A DNA stretch of 64,000 nt from Nitrospirales bacterium (GCA_963422365.1 OY729426.1:1984001-2048000), one strand, 5' to 3'; counted from the stretch's first letter, positions 23,327-33,979 are shown. Made by a program: numbers and translations. Notes: generated by a model from the sequence alone, not told the origin.

Positions 23327-23505
23327 GCATGCAATCCCTTGTCAAATTTGAGGGGGGGGGTGTCCGCAGAAATGAGACCCTTTCCTGTTCAGAACGTCAT
23401 CCTGAAGCTTTCGGCGGTCTTCTGAGCAAATCCTTAAGTTTTATATGGGGTTTCTACTCGCCTTGTCAATGGAAAGTATACGAATCACAGCCTGCGAGAG
23501 TGGGA

Positions 23506-24717
23506 TTACAGCGGGTCTGAGGCTTCCTCTTTTCTCGAAATGGGCAAGGAGCGTTGAATGGAGATCACACTGCCGGTTGCAATCCCCGTCAGGACGACAA
23601 AGACCAGGAATCCGCTTGCATAGGTCCCTGTAAAATCCTTTAGCAGGCCAAACCAGAATGGGAGAAAGAATCCGCCGAGGCCACCGGCTGCTCCAATAAA
23701 TCCCGAAGCTGTTCCCATCATGTTCTGATAGCGTAGTGACGCCACCTGAAACACAACCCCATTGCCGAAGCCTAAGAGAAGAAGAGTTGTCACGGTTAAT
23801 GGAAAGGCCCATAAGGGCGGCGGCAACCATGCCAAGAGAAAGCACAACCCCCCGATAATGGGAAATCCCCCTTGGAGCAAGTTGAGGCCGCCAATCCGAT
23901 CGGCCCAATGGCCTCCCACCGGCCTTGCGATACTTCCTGCAAGCCCGCATAACGCCGTCATGGTCCCTGCCGTGATCATATCCAATCCATATTGATCATG
24001 AAAAAAAATCGGCAAAAAACTTGAAAATCCAACAAACCCTCCAAATGTCACTCCATAGAAGAAACACAACCTCTGCATGAATCGTTCCTGAAAGACCATG
24101 CGGAAAGAGGCTGTCAGGCTCTTCCTGCTTTGTGACGCATTTTGCAAAGGACGATCGTGGACAATCAGCGAAAACACCACGGCGGTGACCACGACAGGCA
24201 AGATCATCAAGCCAAACACCCCGTGCCATCCGACATGGGCTGCAATACGTGGGGCAAAAAAGGTTGCCAAGAGGACCCCGCTATTTCCAGTCGCGGCGAT
24301 TCCCATGGCCAGACCTTGACGCTGAGGCGGATACGCTCGACTCGCAACGGGAAGCGCAACGGCAAAACTTGCCCCTGCAGACCCAAGCAAAAGACTAATC
24401 CCAAGCATTTGGGCATAGCTTTGACCAAACAGCCATCCCAACAACAGGGCCACCACTTCCAGCCAGAGAATTCCGAGTCCTACCCGTTTCGCGCCGAACT
24501 GATCGGTGAAAGGCCCGACCACAATGCGTAACAGGGCCCCACCAAGTAAGGGAGTCGCGACCAACAACCCTTTCTGCGTGGCACTTAATGCGAAGTCCTG
24601 CGCAATGGCAACGCCCAATGCACCGATCAAAAGCCAGACGACAAAACTCACCTCAAAATGGAGCCAGCCGGCCAACAAAGAGGGCCAATGGCCACTTCTG
24701 AGCGCGTATGTTTTCAT
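23506..24717 (-). CDS. narK: NarK/NasA-family nitrate/nitrite MFS transporter
   Basis: GHWPSLL...FEVSFVVW, GASFAVALP...YPP...GLAMGIA, GFGNGVVFQ, GAAGGLGGF. Confidence 0.85.
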   Translation of the reverse strand: MKTYALRSGHWPSLLAGWLHFEVSFVVWLLIGALGVAIAQDFALSATQKGLLVATPLLGGALLRIVVGPFTDQFGAKRVGLGILWLEVVALLLGWLFGQSYAQMLGISLLLGSAGASFAVALPVASRAYPPQRQGLAMGIAATGNSGVLLATFFAPRIAAHVGWHGVFGLMILPVVVTAVVFSLIVHDRPLQNASQSRKSLTASFRMVFQERFMQRLCFFYGVTFGGFVGFSSFLPIFFHDQYGLDMITAGTMTALCGLAGSIARPVGGHWADRIGGLNLLQGGFPIIGGLCFLLAWLPPPLWAFPLTVTTLLLLGFGNGVVFQVASLRYQNMMGTASGFIGAAGGLGGFFLPFWFGLLKDFTGTYASGFLVFVVLTGIATGSVISIQRSLPISRKEEASDPL

Positions 24718-25123
24718 AGACAAACGCGAATCAAAAAATTGCAGGAAGTCAAGGAAGTAAGACTGTCAAGAGCCTTTTTGAATGATGAAATGAGTCTGAC
24801 AGAGCCCGTATCATACGGTATCATACGCAGTATAAAAACGATTATGAAAACGCAAAGATTATCCTACGGGCTTTCATCTCATAACTGAGGAGAAACGCAA
24901 ACACTGTCCAGAACATAGACGACTGGAGAGTGGAAATGATTTCAAAAATACTGAATGCTACCGCTTAGCTGGAAAAACAAGGGGACTCTGGCCAACGACA
25001 AGAAGCACATCGGCAATTGCTTGGAATCATTGTTGGCCGAATTATGAACGAGAGAAGAAATTGGCGCGAAGCCGAACCAAACAAATTTCGTTTTCGGTCA
25101 AACGCGGGGACGAGTATGGTTTT

Positions 25124-25627
25124 TTAGTTCGGCACTTCGATGTCAATATTTGTTGCTACAACGGCATGTCCTTGTGTTCCTTCTCCAAGAGTTGCTTCCC
25201 CACCTTTGTTTATCAGTGCTAAAGGACAAAGAACAACCCCAACAACGACAGTACCAGTAGTCTCGTCTTCGCCCACATACGTTTTGCTTCCTTGCAACAA
25301 TACTCTTTGTCCATCAACGGCGGTTGTGTTGACGAAATATATGGACAGTTTTCCCGCTCGCCCACCCATACGCGGTTCTTCAGCAAATGAGACAGTGGCT
25401 GTGACCAGCGTGTTGCTTTCAATAACCGTTTTGTCATCAACGACGACATCTGCGCCTACTCTGCACGGGAGAAAGTCTCCAGTATGGAGATCTCCGTAAG
25501 AAAGAGTTTGATTGAGAAGGACAGGAACGAATGTGCCAGCATTCAATTTAACCGTCTCTGCAAAAACAGGGCAAGACAGGAATTGAAAACAGATTATGAC
25601 CAACAAAATAGATCTTTTGTTTTGCAT
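25124..25627 (-). CDS. Secreted beta-rich hypothetical protein
   Basis: Signal peptide ending PVFA; GRAGKLSI...TTAVDGQRV; AT-rich islet. Confidence 0.75.
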   Translation of the reverse strand: MQNKRSILLVIICFQFLSCPVFAETVKLNAGTFVPVLLNQTLSYGDLHTGDFLPCRVGADVVVDDKTVIESNTLVTATVSFAEEPRMGGRAGKLSIYFVNTTAVDGQRVLLQGSKTYVGEDETTGTVVVGVVLCPLALINKGGEATLGEGTQGHAVVATNIDIEVPN

Positions 25628-26106
25628 CGACCACCTGCAATAGTAAAAATTATTGCCGTTAATGAAGCAAGGGCCAGACCTGTCCCAACCCCTCCCATCA
25701 GGCCGCTGAGGAACCGCATTGGATTTTGGTCGCCTAATTCGATTAACGCTTCAATTATTGCGAGAATCAGGAATGTTGTTCCTAATGAGTAAAACGTCAA
25801 GTTTGTAATAGTGGAATGACTTTTTCTTTGAAAATAATAAACAAACGTTGTTCCAAGGATGATACCCAAATAACCTCCGCAACATCGAGCGCATAGACCA
25901 GTCGGATGCCCAAAAATAAAAAACACCTTGTAGAAATTCTGATGGCAAATATTAGCCAGAAAATTGTAGTACGGTTCTCCTGCCGGAAATGACAGACTGT
26001 TTAAAATTGGAGCGAGCACCGCAGACGTCAACAGCCCCACGCTGGCGGCTGCTACAGAAACAACCAACAGATTGCCCACGAGTTTTTGATAGTAAACAGC
26101 TTGCAT
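25594..26106 (-). CDS. DUF2085 family membrane protein
   Basis: ICHQ...LCARCCGGYLG motif and several TM segments; start uncertain. Confidence 0.75.
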   Translation of the reverse strand: MQAVYYQKLVGNLLVVSVAAASVGLLTSAVLAPILNSLSFPAGEPYYNFLANICHQNFYKVFFIFGHPTGLCARCCGGYLGIILGTTFVYYFQRKSHSTITNLTFYSLGTTFLILAIIEALIELGDQNPMRFLSGLMGGVGTGLALASLTAIIFTIAGGRCKTKDLFCWS

Positions 26107-26500
26107 CTTACAGGATGGACTTTTCGTCAATGACATTGACAAACATCTCATTAAACGTCCGTTCACATATTGCCAGAGGCAATGATCTATAATGAACTTA
26201 GAACTCTGTCAAGCGGAAGATCCCTCTAGGCTCCTTTGTTCCCCTTTGGGCTGAGTTGATTCAATTTCTATTCTGGTTCGTTCTATGACGTTCCTGCCAG
26301 TTGTTTCTCTGAAAACCTTCCCCTTTCATGAGCGTTTTCTTATTGGAAACCGTCTGGCACTGAAACGAGACTTTTTTGTGATTCTCCAGGAGAGTGTTTA
26401 TAATTCTGGAACGTAGAAGTATCTTTATATGACCCTGCCGAGCATTCTTTATCTTTTTCGTTGATTTTTCAGAGTCTCGAAAAAAAACTGAGTTGTTTAG

Positions 26501-27547
26501 ATGAAAAACCTGAAACCTTCTCAGCAACAGGACCAGCCTCAGCTTGACGAGCAGGATTTTTCTTCGCCCGAGCAGGATCTCCCTCCACCTATCGACGCTG
26601 AATTTTCATTTGACCCTGAGGAGGAGAACGATCTCCCTCTCGATGTTGCGAAATCTGTGAGTGATTCTCCGTCCGAGCAAGCCGAGTCAACGGATCTTGT
26701 TCCCACCACGGCGCTGGGACGCTACCTCGTTGAAGTCCGTCGATACCCTTTTTTATCCAAGGAAGAAGAATTACATCTCTTTCACGAATATCGGGTAACA
26801 GGCAGTCGAGAGGCAGCTGTCAAGCTGATTTTAGCCAATCTCCGCATATCGGTGGCCATCGCTTCAGAATATGCTCATACCGGTGCCGATCAGATGGACC
26901 TCATTCAGGAAGGGAACGTTGGGTTGATGCAAGCCATGAAAAAATTCGACGTCTCCCGCAATGTACGTTTCTATGCGTATGCTGCTTGGTGGGTCAGAGC
27001 GCATATCCTCCGGTATTTGTTACAGTCCCATCGATTAGTGAAAATCGGGACGACACAAGAGCAACGAAAACTTTTTTATAACTTAAAGAAGGAAAAAGCC
27101 AAACTTGAACAACAGGGGTTCGTGCCGGATGCCAAACTTCTTGCTGATCGGCTTCAAGTGCGAGAACGGGACATTCTGGAAATGGACCAGCGGTTGAGCG
27201 GATGGGAATTCTCCCTTGACCAACCTATTAGCAGACACAAAGATGAAGGCACGTTTCTTGAGTTGCTCCCCGCCCCAATACTCCGAATCGACGAGGCCGT
27301 CGCCCAAAAGGAATTGAAGCTTTTATTTCGGAAAAAGCTTGGGGAATTTTCAAAGACCCTGAATGAGCGAGACGAGGATATCCTGCGAAACCGACTTCTT
27401 TCGGAAACGCCATTGACTCTTGAAGAAATCGGTCGAAAGTATTCCATTACGAAGGAACGATCAAGGCAATTAGAAGCTAGAATAATCAAGAGGTTACGTG
27501 ACTTTCTGAAAACAGAATTAAAGGATTTTGAAGCATTAGGGAACTAA
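26501..27547 (+). CDS. rpoH: RNA polymerase sigma-32 factor
   Basis: DLIQEGNVGLMQA, YAAWWVRA, RpoH box GTTQEQRKLFYNL, region 4 TLEEIGRKYSITKERSRQLE. Confidence 0.92.
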   Translation: MKNLKPSQQQDQPQLDEQDFSSPEQDLPPPIDAEFSFDPEEENDLPLDVAKSVSDSPSEQAESTDLVPTTALGRYLVEVRRYPFLSKEEELHLFHEYRVTGSREAAVKLILANLRISVAIASEYAHTGADQMDLIQEGNVGLMQAMKKFDVSRNVRFYAYAAWWVRAHILRYLLQSHRLVKIGTTQEQRKLFYNLKKEKAKLEQQGFVPDAKLLADRLQVRERDILEMDQRLSGWEFSLDQPISRHKDEGTFLELLPAPILRIDEAVAQKELKLLFRKKLGEFSKTLNERDEDILRNRLLSETPLTLEEIGRKYSITKERSRQLEARIIKRLRDFLKTELKDFEALGN

Positions 27548-27601
27548 TTCCAAGAAACCCCTCCGATCCTGCAGACTATCCACATTTTTTCATCTTTGGA
27601 T

Positions 27602-27629
27602 CTTGACTTTCATAAAACAGGCCTTACCT
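27602..27629 (+). promoter_or_regulatory. Putative RpoH-type promoter for groES-groEL
   Basis: CTTG-N17-CTTACCT, resembling the CTTG-N17-CYTATNT sigma32 pattern. Confidence 0.4.
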
Positions 27630-27739
27630 GTTGATCTAGCTATTGCATGAGATCTTCGAATCTCAGCATGTTCAAACAATATCGTCCATTCACTACACAT
27701 CAAGAGCCGATACTTTTAACCAAAGGAGGAAGTTGTCAC

Positions 27740-28054
27740 ATGGCCACACAAACAAAGGAAAAAGACGAAACCACGGGAACAGCAGCCAAAGGATTTTTGC
27801 CCCTAGGCGACCGAGTCTTTGTGACGTACACAGAAGAACTCGAACGCACGGCTGGAGGCATTTATGTACCTGACTCCGCACGAGAAAAACCCCAACGGGG
27901 AACGATTGAAGGGGTCGGAAGAGACGTCAAAACCTTAAAGGTCGGCGATCAAGTCCTGTTTGATAAGTATTCTGGAACCAAAATCCGAATTGAAAACGAT
28001 GATTGTTTGATTCTGAAAGAAGAAGACATCTTAGGAATCTTTGTTGATTCCTAA
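27740..28054 (+). CDS. groES: Co-chaperonin GroES
   Basis: PLGDRV, TAGGIYVPDSAREKP, VGDQVLFDKYSGT; AGGAGG RBS before ATG 27740. Confidence 0.97.
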   Translation: MATQTKEKDETTGTAAKGFLPLGDRVFVTYTEELERTAGGIYVPDSAREKPQRGTIEGVGRDVKTLKVGDQVLFDKYSGTKIRIENDDCLILKEEDILGIFVDS

Positions 28055-28116
28055 ACAATTTGACCAATACCGAAGAACAAAATTTAAGTGATACTTTAAT
28101 TTAATGGAGGAAGATT

Positions 28117-29760
28117 ATGGCGAAGCAGCTACTGTATAGTGATCAAGGTAGGAGTGCGATTCTCCAGGGCGTGAATCAATTGGCTAATGCCGTGAAGGCC
28201 ACTTTGGGACCAAAGGGTCGGAACGCCATTTTAGATAAGAAGTTTGGCGCACCTACGATTACCAAAGACGGAGTGACCGTTGCGAAAGAGATTGAACTCA
28301 AAGATCCCTATCAAAACATGGGGGCCCAATTGGTTCGAGAAGTGGCCAGTAAAACTAGTGACGTGGCTGGTGACGGGACCACGACCGCCACGGTTTTAGC
28401 ACAAGCTATTTTCCGCGAAGGGGTGAAACACCTCAGCGCCGGTGCGAATCCTATGGAATTGAAGCGTGGCATTGATAAAGCCGTTGAAGTGGCCACTGCG
28501 GAGTTGAAGAACCTCAGCAAGCCCTGTCAAGACAAGAAAGAAATTGGGCAAATCGGCTCCATTTCCGCTAACAATGACCCCACCATTGGTGACCTGATTG
28601 CTGAAGCCATGGATAAAGTCGGGAAAGACGGCGTCATTACCGTTGAAGAAGCCAAGTCCATGAGCACCTCACTGGACGTGGTCGAAGGCATGCAATTTGA
28701 CCGCGGGTACATTTCTCCCTATTTCGTGACCAATGCGGAACGCATGGAGTCTGCTCTCGAAGATGCGTTCCTGCTCATCCACGAAAAGAAAATCAGTGCC
28801 ATGAAAGACTTACTCCCCATCTTGGAGCAAGTAGCCAAAATGGGGAAACCGTTAGTCATTGTGGCTGAAGATGTTGAGGGTGAAGCGTTGGCGACCTTGG
28901 TCGTAAATAAGCTTCGCGGCACGTTGAATATCGCGGCGGTCAAAGCCCCGGGATTCGGGGATCGTCGGAAAGCCATGCTGGAAGACATTGCCATTCTGAC
29001 AGGCGGCCAAGTTATTTCCGAGGAAGTGGGCGTGAAATTGGAGAACGTGAAACTCACGGATCTTGGTCGTGCCAAGAGAGTGACCATCGACAAAGATAAT
29101 ACCACGGTGGTGGAAGGTGCTGGAGATCCCAAGAAGATTGAAGGCCGAGTGAAGCAAATCAAGGCACAACTCGAGGAAACCACCTCAGATTACGACCGTG
29201 AAAAACTTCAAGAGCGGTTAGCAAAAATCGTAGGCGGTGTGGCGGTCATTAACGTCGGGGCTGCAACGGAAACCGAAATGAAGGAAAAGAAAGCCCGCGT
29301 TGAAGACGCTCTGCATGCGACGAAAGCTGCGGTTGAAGAGGGGATTGTCCCTGGCGGTGGAGTCGCGCTTCTTCGGGCCGTTCCCGCCTTGGAAAAAATG
29401 CAATTAGAGGGTGATCAACAATTTGGTGTCAATATTGTTCGGCGGGCGTGCGAAGAGCCGATCCGGTTGATTGCAGAAAATGCCGGAGTCGAAGGCTCGA
29501 TCATCGTCGACAAAGTACGCACTGCTAAGCCAACCCATGGGTACAATGCCGCCACTGACGAATACGTCAATATGGTTGAGGCTGGCGTCATCGACCCAAC
29601 CAAAGTCACGCGTTGTGCATTACAAAATGCATCAAGCGTTGCCGGGCTCATGTTGACCACTGAGGTGATCGTGACCGATTTGCCGGAGGAAAAGAAAGAG
29701 CCTGCCGGCGGCATGGGCGGCCATGACCACGGTATGGGCGGCATGGGCGGTATGATGTAA
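28117..29760 (+). CDS. groEL: Chaperonin GroEL
   Basis: [23 protein letters not shown] tail. Confidence 0.99.
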   Translation: MAKQLLYSDQGRSAILQGVNQLANAVKATLGPKGRNAILDKKFGAPTITKDGVTVAKEIELKDPYQNMGAQLVREVASKTSDVAGDGTTTATVLAQAIFREGVKHLSAGANPMELKRGIDKAVEVATAELKNLSKPCQDKKEIGQIGSISANNDPTIGDLIAEAMDKVGKDGVITVEEAKSMSTSLDVVEGMQFDRGYISPYFVTNAERMESALEDAFLLIHEKKISAMKDLLPILEQVAKMGKPLVIVAEDVEGEALATLVVNKLRGTLNIAAVKAPGFGDRRKAMLEDIAILTGGQVISEEVGVKLENVKLTDLGRAKRVTIDKDNTTVVEGAGDPKKIEGRVKQIKAQLEETTSDYDREKLQERLAKIVGGVAVINVGAATETEMKEKKARVEDALHATKAAVEEGIVPGGGVALLRAVPALEKMQLEGDQQFGVNIVRRACEEPIRLIAENAGVEGSIIVDKVRTAKPTHGYNAATDEYVNMVEAGVIDPTKVTRCALQNASSVAGLMLTTEVIVTDLPEEKKEPAGGMGGHDHGMGGMGGMM

Positions 29761-29788
29761 CAACGCTCAAAGCGTTGTCTGTTCGTAT

Positions 29789-29829
29789 CGAAGGCCCGGG
29801 GAAATTTTCTCGGGCCTTCGTTTTTTTTT
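29789..29829 (+). terminator. Rho-independent terminator after groEL
   Basis: CGAAGGCCCGGGGAAATTTTCTCGGGCCTTCG followed by T9. Confidence 0.92.
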
Positions 29830-29910
29830 GAGCCACATTCGTCTCTTGCACTATCCTTTTGTCGGCCTGATCAACGCGAAGGGTCTCATAGGGCCGAGGT
29901 CACGCTCGGA

Positions 29911-29964
29911 GCAAGGGTATGCCTTATCGCACCTCTTCTGGGCTGCATGAGACGCGGCCTACGA
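29911..29964. repeat. Degenerate REPIN-like element
   Basis: gcaagg-GTATGCC-tt-ATCGCAC ... GCTGCAT-gag-ACGCGGC-ctacga; same architecture as the 51383 and 57366 elements. Confidence 0.5.
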
Positions 29965-30118
29965 GATTCTTTCGCCTACGGCTCAGAATGGCACAGACAA
30001 GGCAATGACAGAACATTGGAAAAGGCTTGCTCTCGCTCCCTGAAGAGTTCTATAGTTCTCTGGTAAAGAACTCTCCCGCTGCTTCTGAAATGAGAAGATT
30101 CGAAAGAGGACTCGGATT

Positions 30119-30511
30119 ATGAAACACTTGGTACTGGCCGTCTTGGTGATATCTATGTTAAGCGGAATTTTATTCATGGATGGCTTGGCGGCCAATGCAG
30201 AACCTCGGACGGAATCGATTTGCAACATGGGCATGGTCAAGGGAGAGCAAGGTCGCACGTGTGAAGTGCCGATACCTTCAGGATGCCAAGTCGCAAACCT
30301 TCCTGGTTTTGACGCCCCGTGGATTGACGTCTCCAAAGGCGGCAAGACAAGCTGTGCAATTGATCAGGAAAAGACAGACTGGAAAACCAAGATTGTCGGT
30401 TCCTGTGGTCCTTGCGGCACTGATAATTGTTCGGCCCGCTTTAGCGTGATGTTGACGTGTGGAGACAGTCCTTCTGCGACCATTCAACCGAGAAAAATCT
30501 ATAAAGATTAA
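30119..30511 (+). CDS. Small secreted cysteine-rich protein
   Basis: Signal peptide ending ANA; 8 Cys in the mature part; GAGGA RBS. Confidence 0.8.
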   Translation: MKHLVLAVLVISMLSGILFMDGLAANAEPRTESICNMGMVKGEQGRTCEVPIPSGCQVANLPGFDAPWIDVSKGGKTSCAIDQEKTDWKTKIVGSCGPCGTDNCSARFSVMLTCGDSPSATIQPRKIYKD

Positions 30512-30549
30512 TCGGAGACGATCGAGGGTTTTCACTCCGCTTCCACCTT

Positions 30550-31569
30550 ATGTCTTCGACAACAAATCTTCTGAGACAAGCTGCACTCGAACGGGGTTTT
30601 CATGCGGTGGGCATTGCCCGCGTCTCATCGTCGACCACGGACCAAGATTCCTCTCCGACGAATCCTTCCTGCAAAGACCTTTTCGATCGCTTACAGAATT
30701 GGTTATTCCAAGGCTACCATGGCACGATGGAGTGGATAGGACGAAATCCTGAACGGCGTTCCGATCCCTCTCAGGTGTTGCAGAATTGCCGTTCGATTAT
30801 TTCCCTCGGCATCAATTACTGGACTGATATTGTTCCGGATGAACAACAGGGAAATGGGCGGATTGCCCGGTATGCCTGGGGTAAAGATTACCATCGTGTG
30901 TTCAAGAAAAAACTCAAGGCATTCGAACTCGTACTCAAGTCGCTTGAGCCGAATTGTCACACACGCAGTTATGTCGATACGGGCCCGGTGATGGAAAAAT
31001 TCTGGGCTCAGCAAGCTGGCGTAGGATGGATAGGCAAGCATTCCAATCTTGTTTCCCCTACCTTTGGGTCATGGCTTCTTCTCGGAGAAATTTTGACAAC
31101 CGCGGAGTTGGAAGCTGACGAACCGGGAGCCGACCTCTGTGGGACTTGCACCTTGTGTCTCCAAGCCTGTCCGACCGGAGCCATAGTCGAACCCTATGTC
31201 GTCGATGCCACAAAATGCATTTCGTATCTCACCATCGAGTATCGTGAAGACAGACATTCGTTGGCACAAGACCTACAAACCCACATGGGAAATCGCATCT
31301 TTGGCTGTGATGATTGTTTAGACGTGTGTCCGTATAATGCCTTTGCTTCGGCCACGGACGAACCGACCTTCTATCCTACCGGTCCGACACAGAGCCCAAA
31401 CTTATCTCGACTCTCGGCATTGAACGAGGAGGAATTTACCCGAACCTTTGCGACCTCCCCTATTCGACGCGCGAAGTTTTCAGGATTTCAGCGTAACGTC
31501 GCCATCGCCTTAACGAATGAACCTCCACATCGAGGTTCATCACCCGCTACGTCAACTCCGCCACGGTAA
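30550..31569 (+). CDS. queG: Epoxyqueuosine reductase
   Basis: IARYAWGKDYH, VDTGPVMEK, GWIGKHS, CGTCTLCLQACPT, CISYLTIE, GCDDCLDVCPYN. Confidence 0.97.
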   Translation: MSSTTNLLRQAALERGFHAVGIARVSSSTTDQDSSPTNPSCKDLFDRLQNWLFQGYHGTMEWIGRNPERRSDPSQVLQNCRSIISLGINYWTDIVPDEQQGNGRIARYAWGKDYHRVFKKKLKAFELVLKSLEPNCHTRSYVDTGPVMEKFWAQQAGVGWIGKHSNLVSPTFGSWLLLGEILTTAELEADEPGADLCGTCTLCLQACPTGAIVEPYVVDATKCISYLTIEYREDRHSLAQDLQTHMGNRIFGCDDCLDVCPYNAFASATDEPTFYPTGPTQSPNLSRLSALNEEEFTRTFATSPIRRAKFSGFQRNVAIALTNEPPHRGSSPATSTPPR

Positions 31570-33979
31570 CGCCATCTCCGCCTTCCTCCCGCATTCCCGG
31601 TCGAAACACTGATACATAGGCCGACTGCGCAAGAAAGTGTCGAATCGCGGCCTTGAGCTTTCCTGTCCCATGCCCATGAATAATTCGGACGGACTTGGAG
31701 TTGTGTAGCAAAGCCTGATCTAATTGAGTTATCAATTGTTCAAGGGCTTCTTCCGCCGTTTTTCCACGTAGATCAATCCTAGCGAAACCCGACATCGTTG
31801 ATCCCTGTTGCACGTCTTCGTCGGACAATGATGGCAGGCTCGGGTTCGACTCGCGCAGTGAGATTTTCTCAGGATGCGAGAACCTATCCAGCATGCCTTC
31901 CTCTTTTCTGAGCCCAACAAGTCGCTCGGTGTGAACGGACATTTCAGCTGCACCGACTTGCACACGAACGTGTTTCTTACCCTGAGGCTTTTCAAGGAGC
32001 CTCCCCAGAGTTTCCAGGTTGCCAATTTCCACGACATCGCCTTCTTCAAGAGATTCAACCGGAATGGTCTCGAAAGCCGCCTGGGTTTGTTGATTGACGG
32101 ATGCTTGAATATGTTGTAAACGGTGCTGGGCCTCTTGCGCGTGAGGCCATGTCCGTTGCCGATGTAACGACTCGATGATCCGGCGAATCTCCATACGGGC
32201 AGCCGCCAGATCTTCACGAAACTTCTTTTTCATTTTTTTTATTTCGTTGCGTTCGATCGTGCGCAATCGTTCGGCAATCGTGTGGGCTTCCGTCGCGTCT
32301 CGGTCGGCAACCTCGCGTTGTGCCTGGGCTTTTTCCAATGCTTCTTTTAACTCCTGATGAGTATGTTGCAAATCCGCAAAGACATGATCGAGTTGACGAT
32401 CTTCTTGATGGACCAAGCTCAGGGCATGGGCAAGAATCAACGGATCCATTCCTAGGCGACCGGCAATATCAAGCGCGGAGGATCCGCCGGGAATTCCAGG
32501 AATAAACCGATACGTCGGGGCAAGCGTGTTCACGTTGAATTCAAGGCTTGCGTTCAGAAACCCTGGGGTCGAAAGGGCCAAGGTTTTTAATGAATTGTAA
32601 TGCGTGGTCACAACAACCTTGAGATTGAGCTCGGCAAATCGACGGAGGAGCGCTTCAGCCAGGGCCGCTCCTTCGGCAGGATCCGTTGAACCAATGACTT
32701 CGTCAAGGAGAACCAACGCGTGAGGAGACTCCCCTCCCGTGCGATGCCGGATGCTCTTGAGCAGATTGATAATTTTTCCGATGTGGGCGGAAAAACTGGA
32801 AAGATCTTTGGTCAAGTCTTGCGCATCACCGATGTCCGCAAAGGTTTCCTCAAAAAATGCCATCTCTGATCCGTCCCCGCAGGGAAGATGGAGGCCACCG
32901 CGCACCATCAAACTACAAAGGCCCAACAACTTCAGCAGCACGGTTTTTCCACCGGTATTGGGGCCAGAAATCACTAACGCGGTGAAATCTTTCTCAAACA
33001 TGACATCGTTGGAAACCACGGGCTTTTTGGCCAAAAGAAGCAGGGGATGTTGCGCTTTCCACAGACGAATGTGCCCATCTGCATTGAGACGAACCGGTCT
33101 CGCGTTCATGAGGATACTCAGACGTGCTTTGGCTCCGATACAGTCCAAGGTGGTCAAGACCTGCAACAGGCTCCGGAGGTCTTGCAGATGATCCACCACT
33201 CGGTCCGTGAGTTCTTGAAGAATCCTGTTGATTTCACGAGTAACTTGAAGCTCGGCCACTTTGATCTGATTATTCAAGTCAATGAGTTCACGGGGTTCTA
33301 TAAACACCGTTGCACCACTGGCCGAAATATCATGAACAATTCCAGGGAGATCATGCTGACGCTCGGCTTTGATCGGTAAAACGTATCGGTTTTCTCGTTG
33401 GGCATAGTACGGTTCCTGCAGCAACTCTCGGTAGCGTGACGACGCCACCATGTTCTCTATGCAATGGCGCATGCGTTGCTTCAACCCTTGAGCCAGGCGG
33501 AGCGCTTCGTGCAGAGCCGGTGAGGCGTGCCCAAGAATTTCTCCTTCCGAGCTCACACAACGGTCGATCGCCCGTCGAAGTTCGGAAAGATCCGGCAGAG
33601 ACTCATAATAGGGGAAAAGAGCCTTCACGGCTTGTTGATTGACGACTAAACATCTTCGAACAGCCTCGTTCACAGTGATAAGTACGGAGAGGTCGCTCAA
33701 TTCTTTGAGGTCCAATGCTCCGCCTTTTCCAGTCTTAAGAAAGGCTTGCGTCAAGTCTTCAAATTGCACGGCGGGGAACGGCACAGAGACATTGTGAAGC
33801 TCAAGCATGTCCGTGGTTTCTTGCATGCGACGTTGCGCAAGCTCAAGCGTGTCTTCCAACGGCAACTGCCGGCATAAATCGGCTCCCAATGAAGAATGCG
33901 CCTGTGCGGCTAAAACCTCCAGCACCTGCGGCCATTCAAGGGCTTGTTGAGTGTCGGAAATGACGGAGTGGTCGGACAC
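31547..33979 (-). CDS. mutS2: MutS2 (ATPase, KOW, Smr)
   Basis: GIVHDISASGATVFIEP, ISGPNTGGKT, DIGDAQ...LSSFSAH, TTHY, Smr IIHGHGTG...GGDGVT. Confidence 0.97.
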   Translation of the reverse strand: MSDHSVISDTQQALEWPQVLEVLAAQAHSSLGADLCRQLPLEDTLELAQRRMQETTDMLELHNVSVPFPAVQFEDLTQAFLKTGKGGALDLKELSDLSVLITVNEAVRRCLVVNQQAVKALFPYYESLPDLSELRRAIDRCVSSEGEILGHASPALHEALRLAQGLKQRMRHCIENMVASSRYRELLQEPYYAQRENRYVLPIKAERQHDLPGIVHDISASGATVFIEPRELIDLNNQIKVAELQVTREINRILQELTDRVVDHLQDLRSLLQVLTTLDCIGAKARLSILMNARPVRLNADGHIRLWKAQHPLLLLAKKPVVSNDVMFEKDFTALVISGPNTGGKTVLLKLLGLCSLMVRGGLHLPCGDGSEMAFFEETFADIGDAQDLTKDLSSFSAHIGKIINLLKSIRHRTGGESPHALVLLDEVIGSTDPAEGAALAEALLRRFAELNLKVVVTTHYNSLKTLALSTPGFLNASLEFNVNTLAPTYRFIPGIPGGSSALDIAGRLGMDPLILAHALSLVHQEDRQLDHVFADLQHTHQELKEALEKAQAQREVADRDATEAHTIAERLRTIERNEIKKMKKKFREDLAAARMEIRRIIESLHRQRTWPHAQEAQHRLQHIQASVNQQTQAAFETIPVESLEEGDVVEIGNLETLGRLLEKPQGKKHVRVQVGAAEMSVHTERLVGLRKEEGMLDRFSHPEKISLRESNPSLPSLSDEDVQQGSTMSGFARIDLRGKTAEEALEQLITQLDQALLHNSKSVRIIHGHGTGKLKAAIRHFLAQSAYVSVFRPGMREEGGDGVTVAELT

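Noticed and set aside
23327..23505. FMN riboswitch upstream of ribBA
   Set aside because: The conserved RFN motifs (GGGGCAGGGTGAAATTCCC, AGTCTGGATG) are absent; the spacer looks like repeat debris
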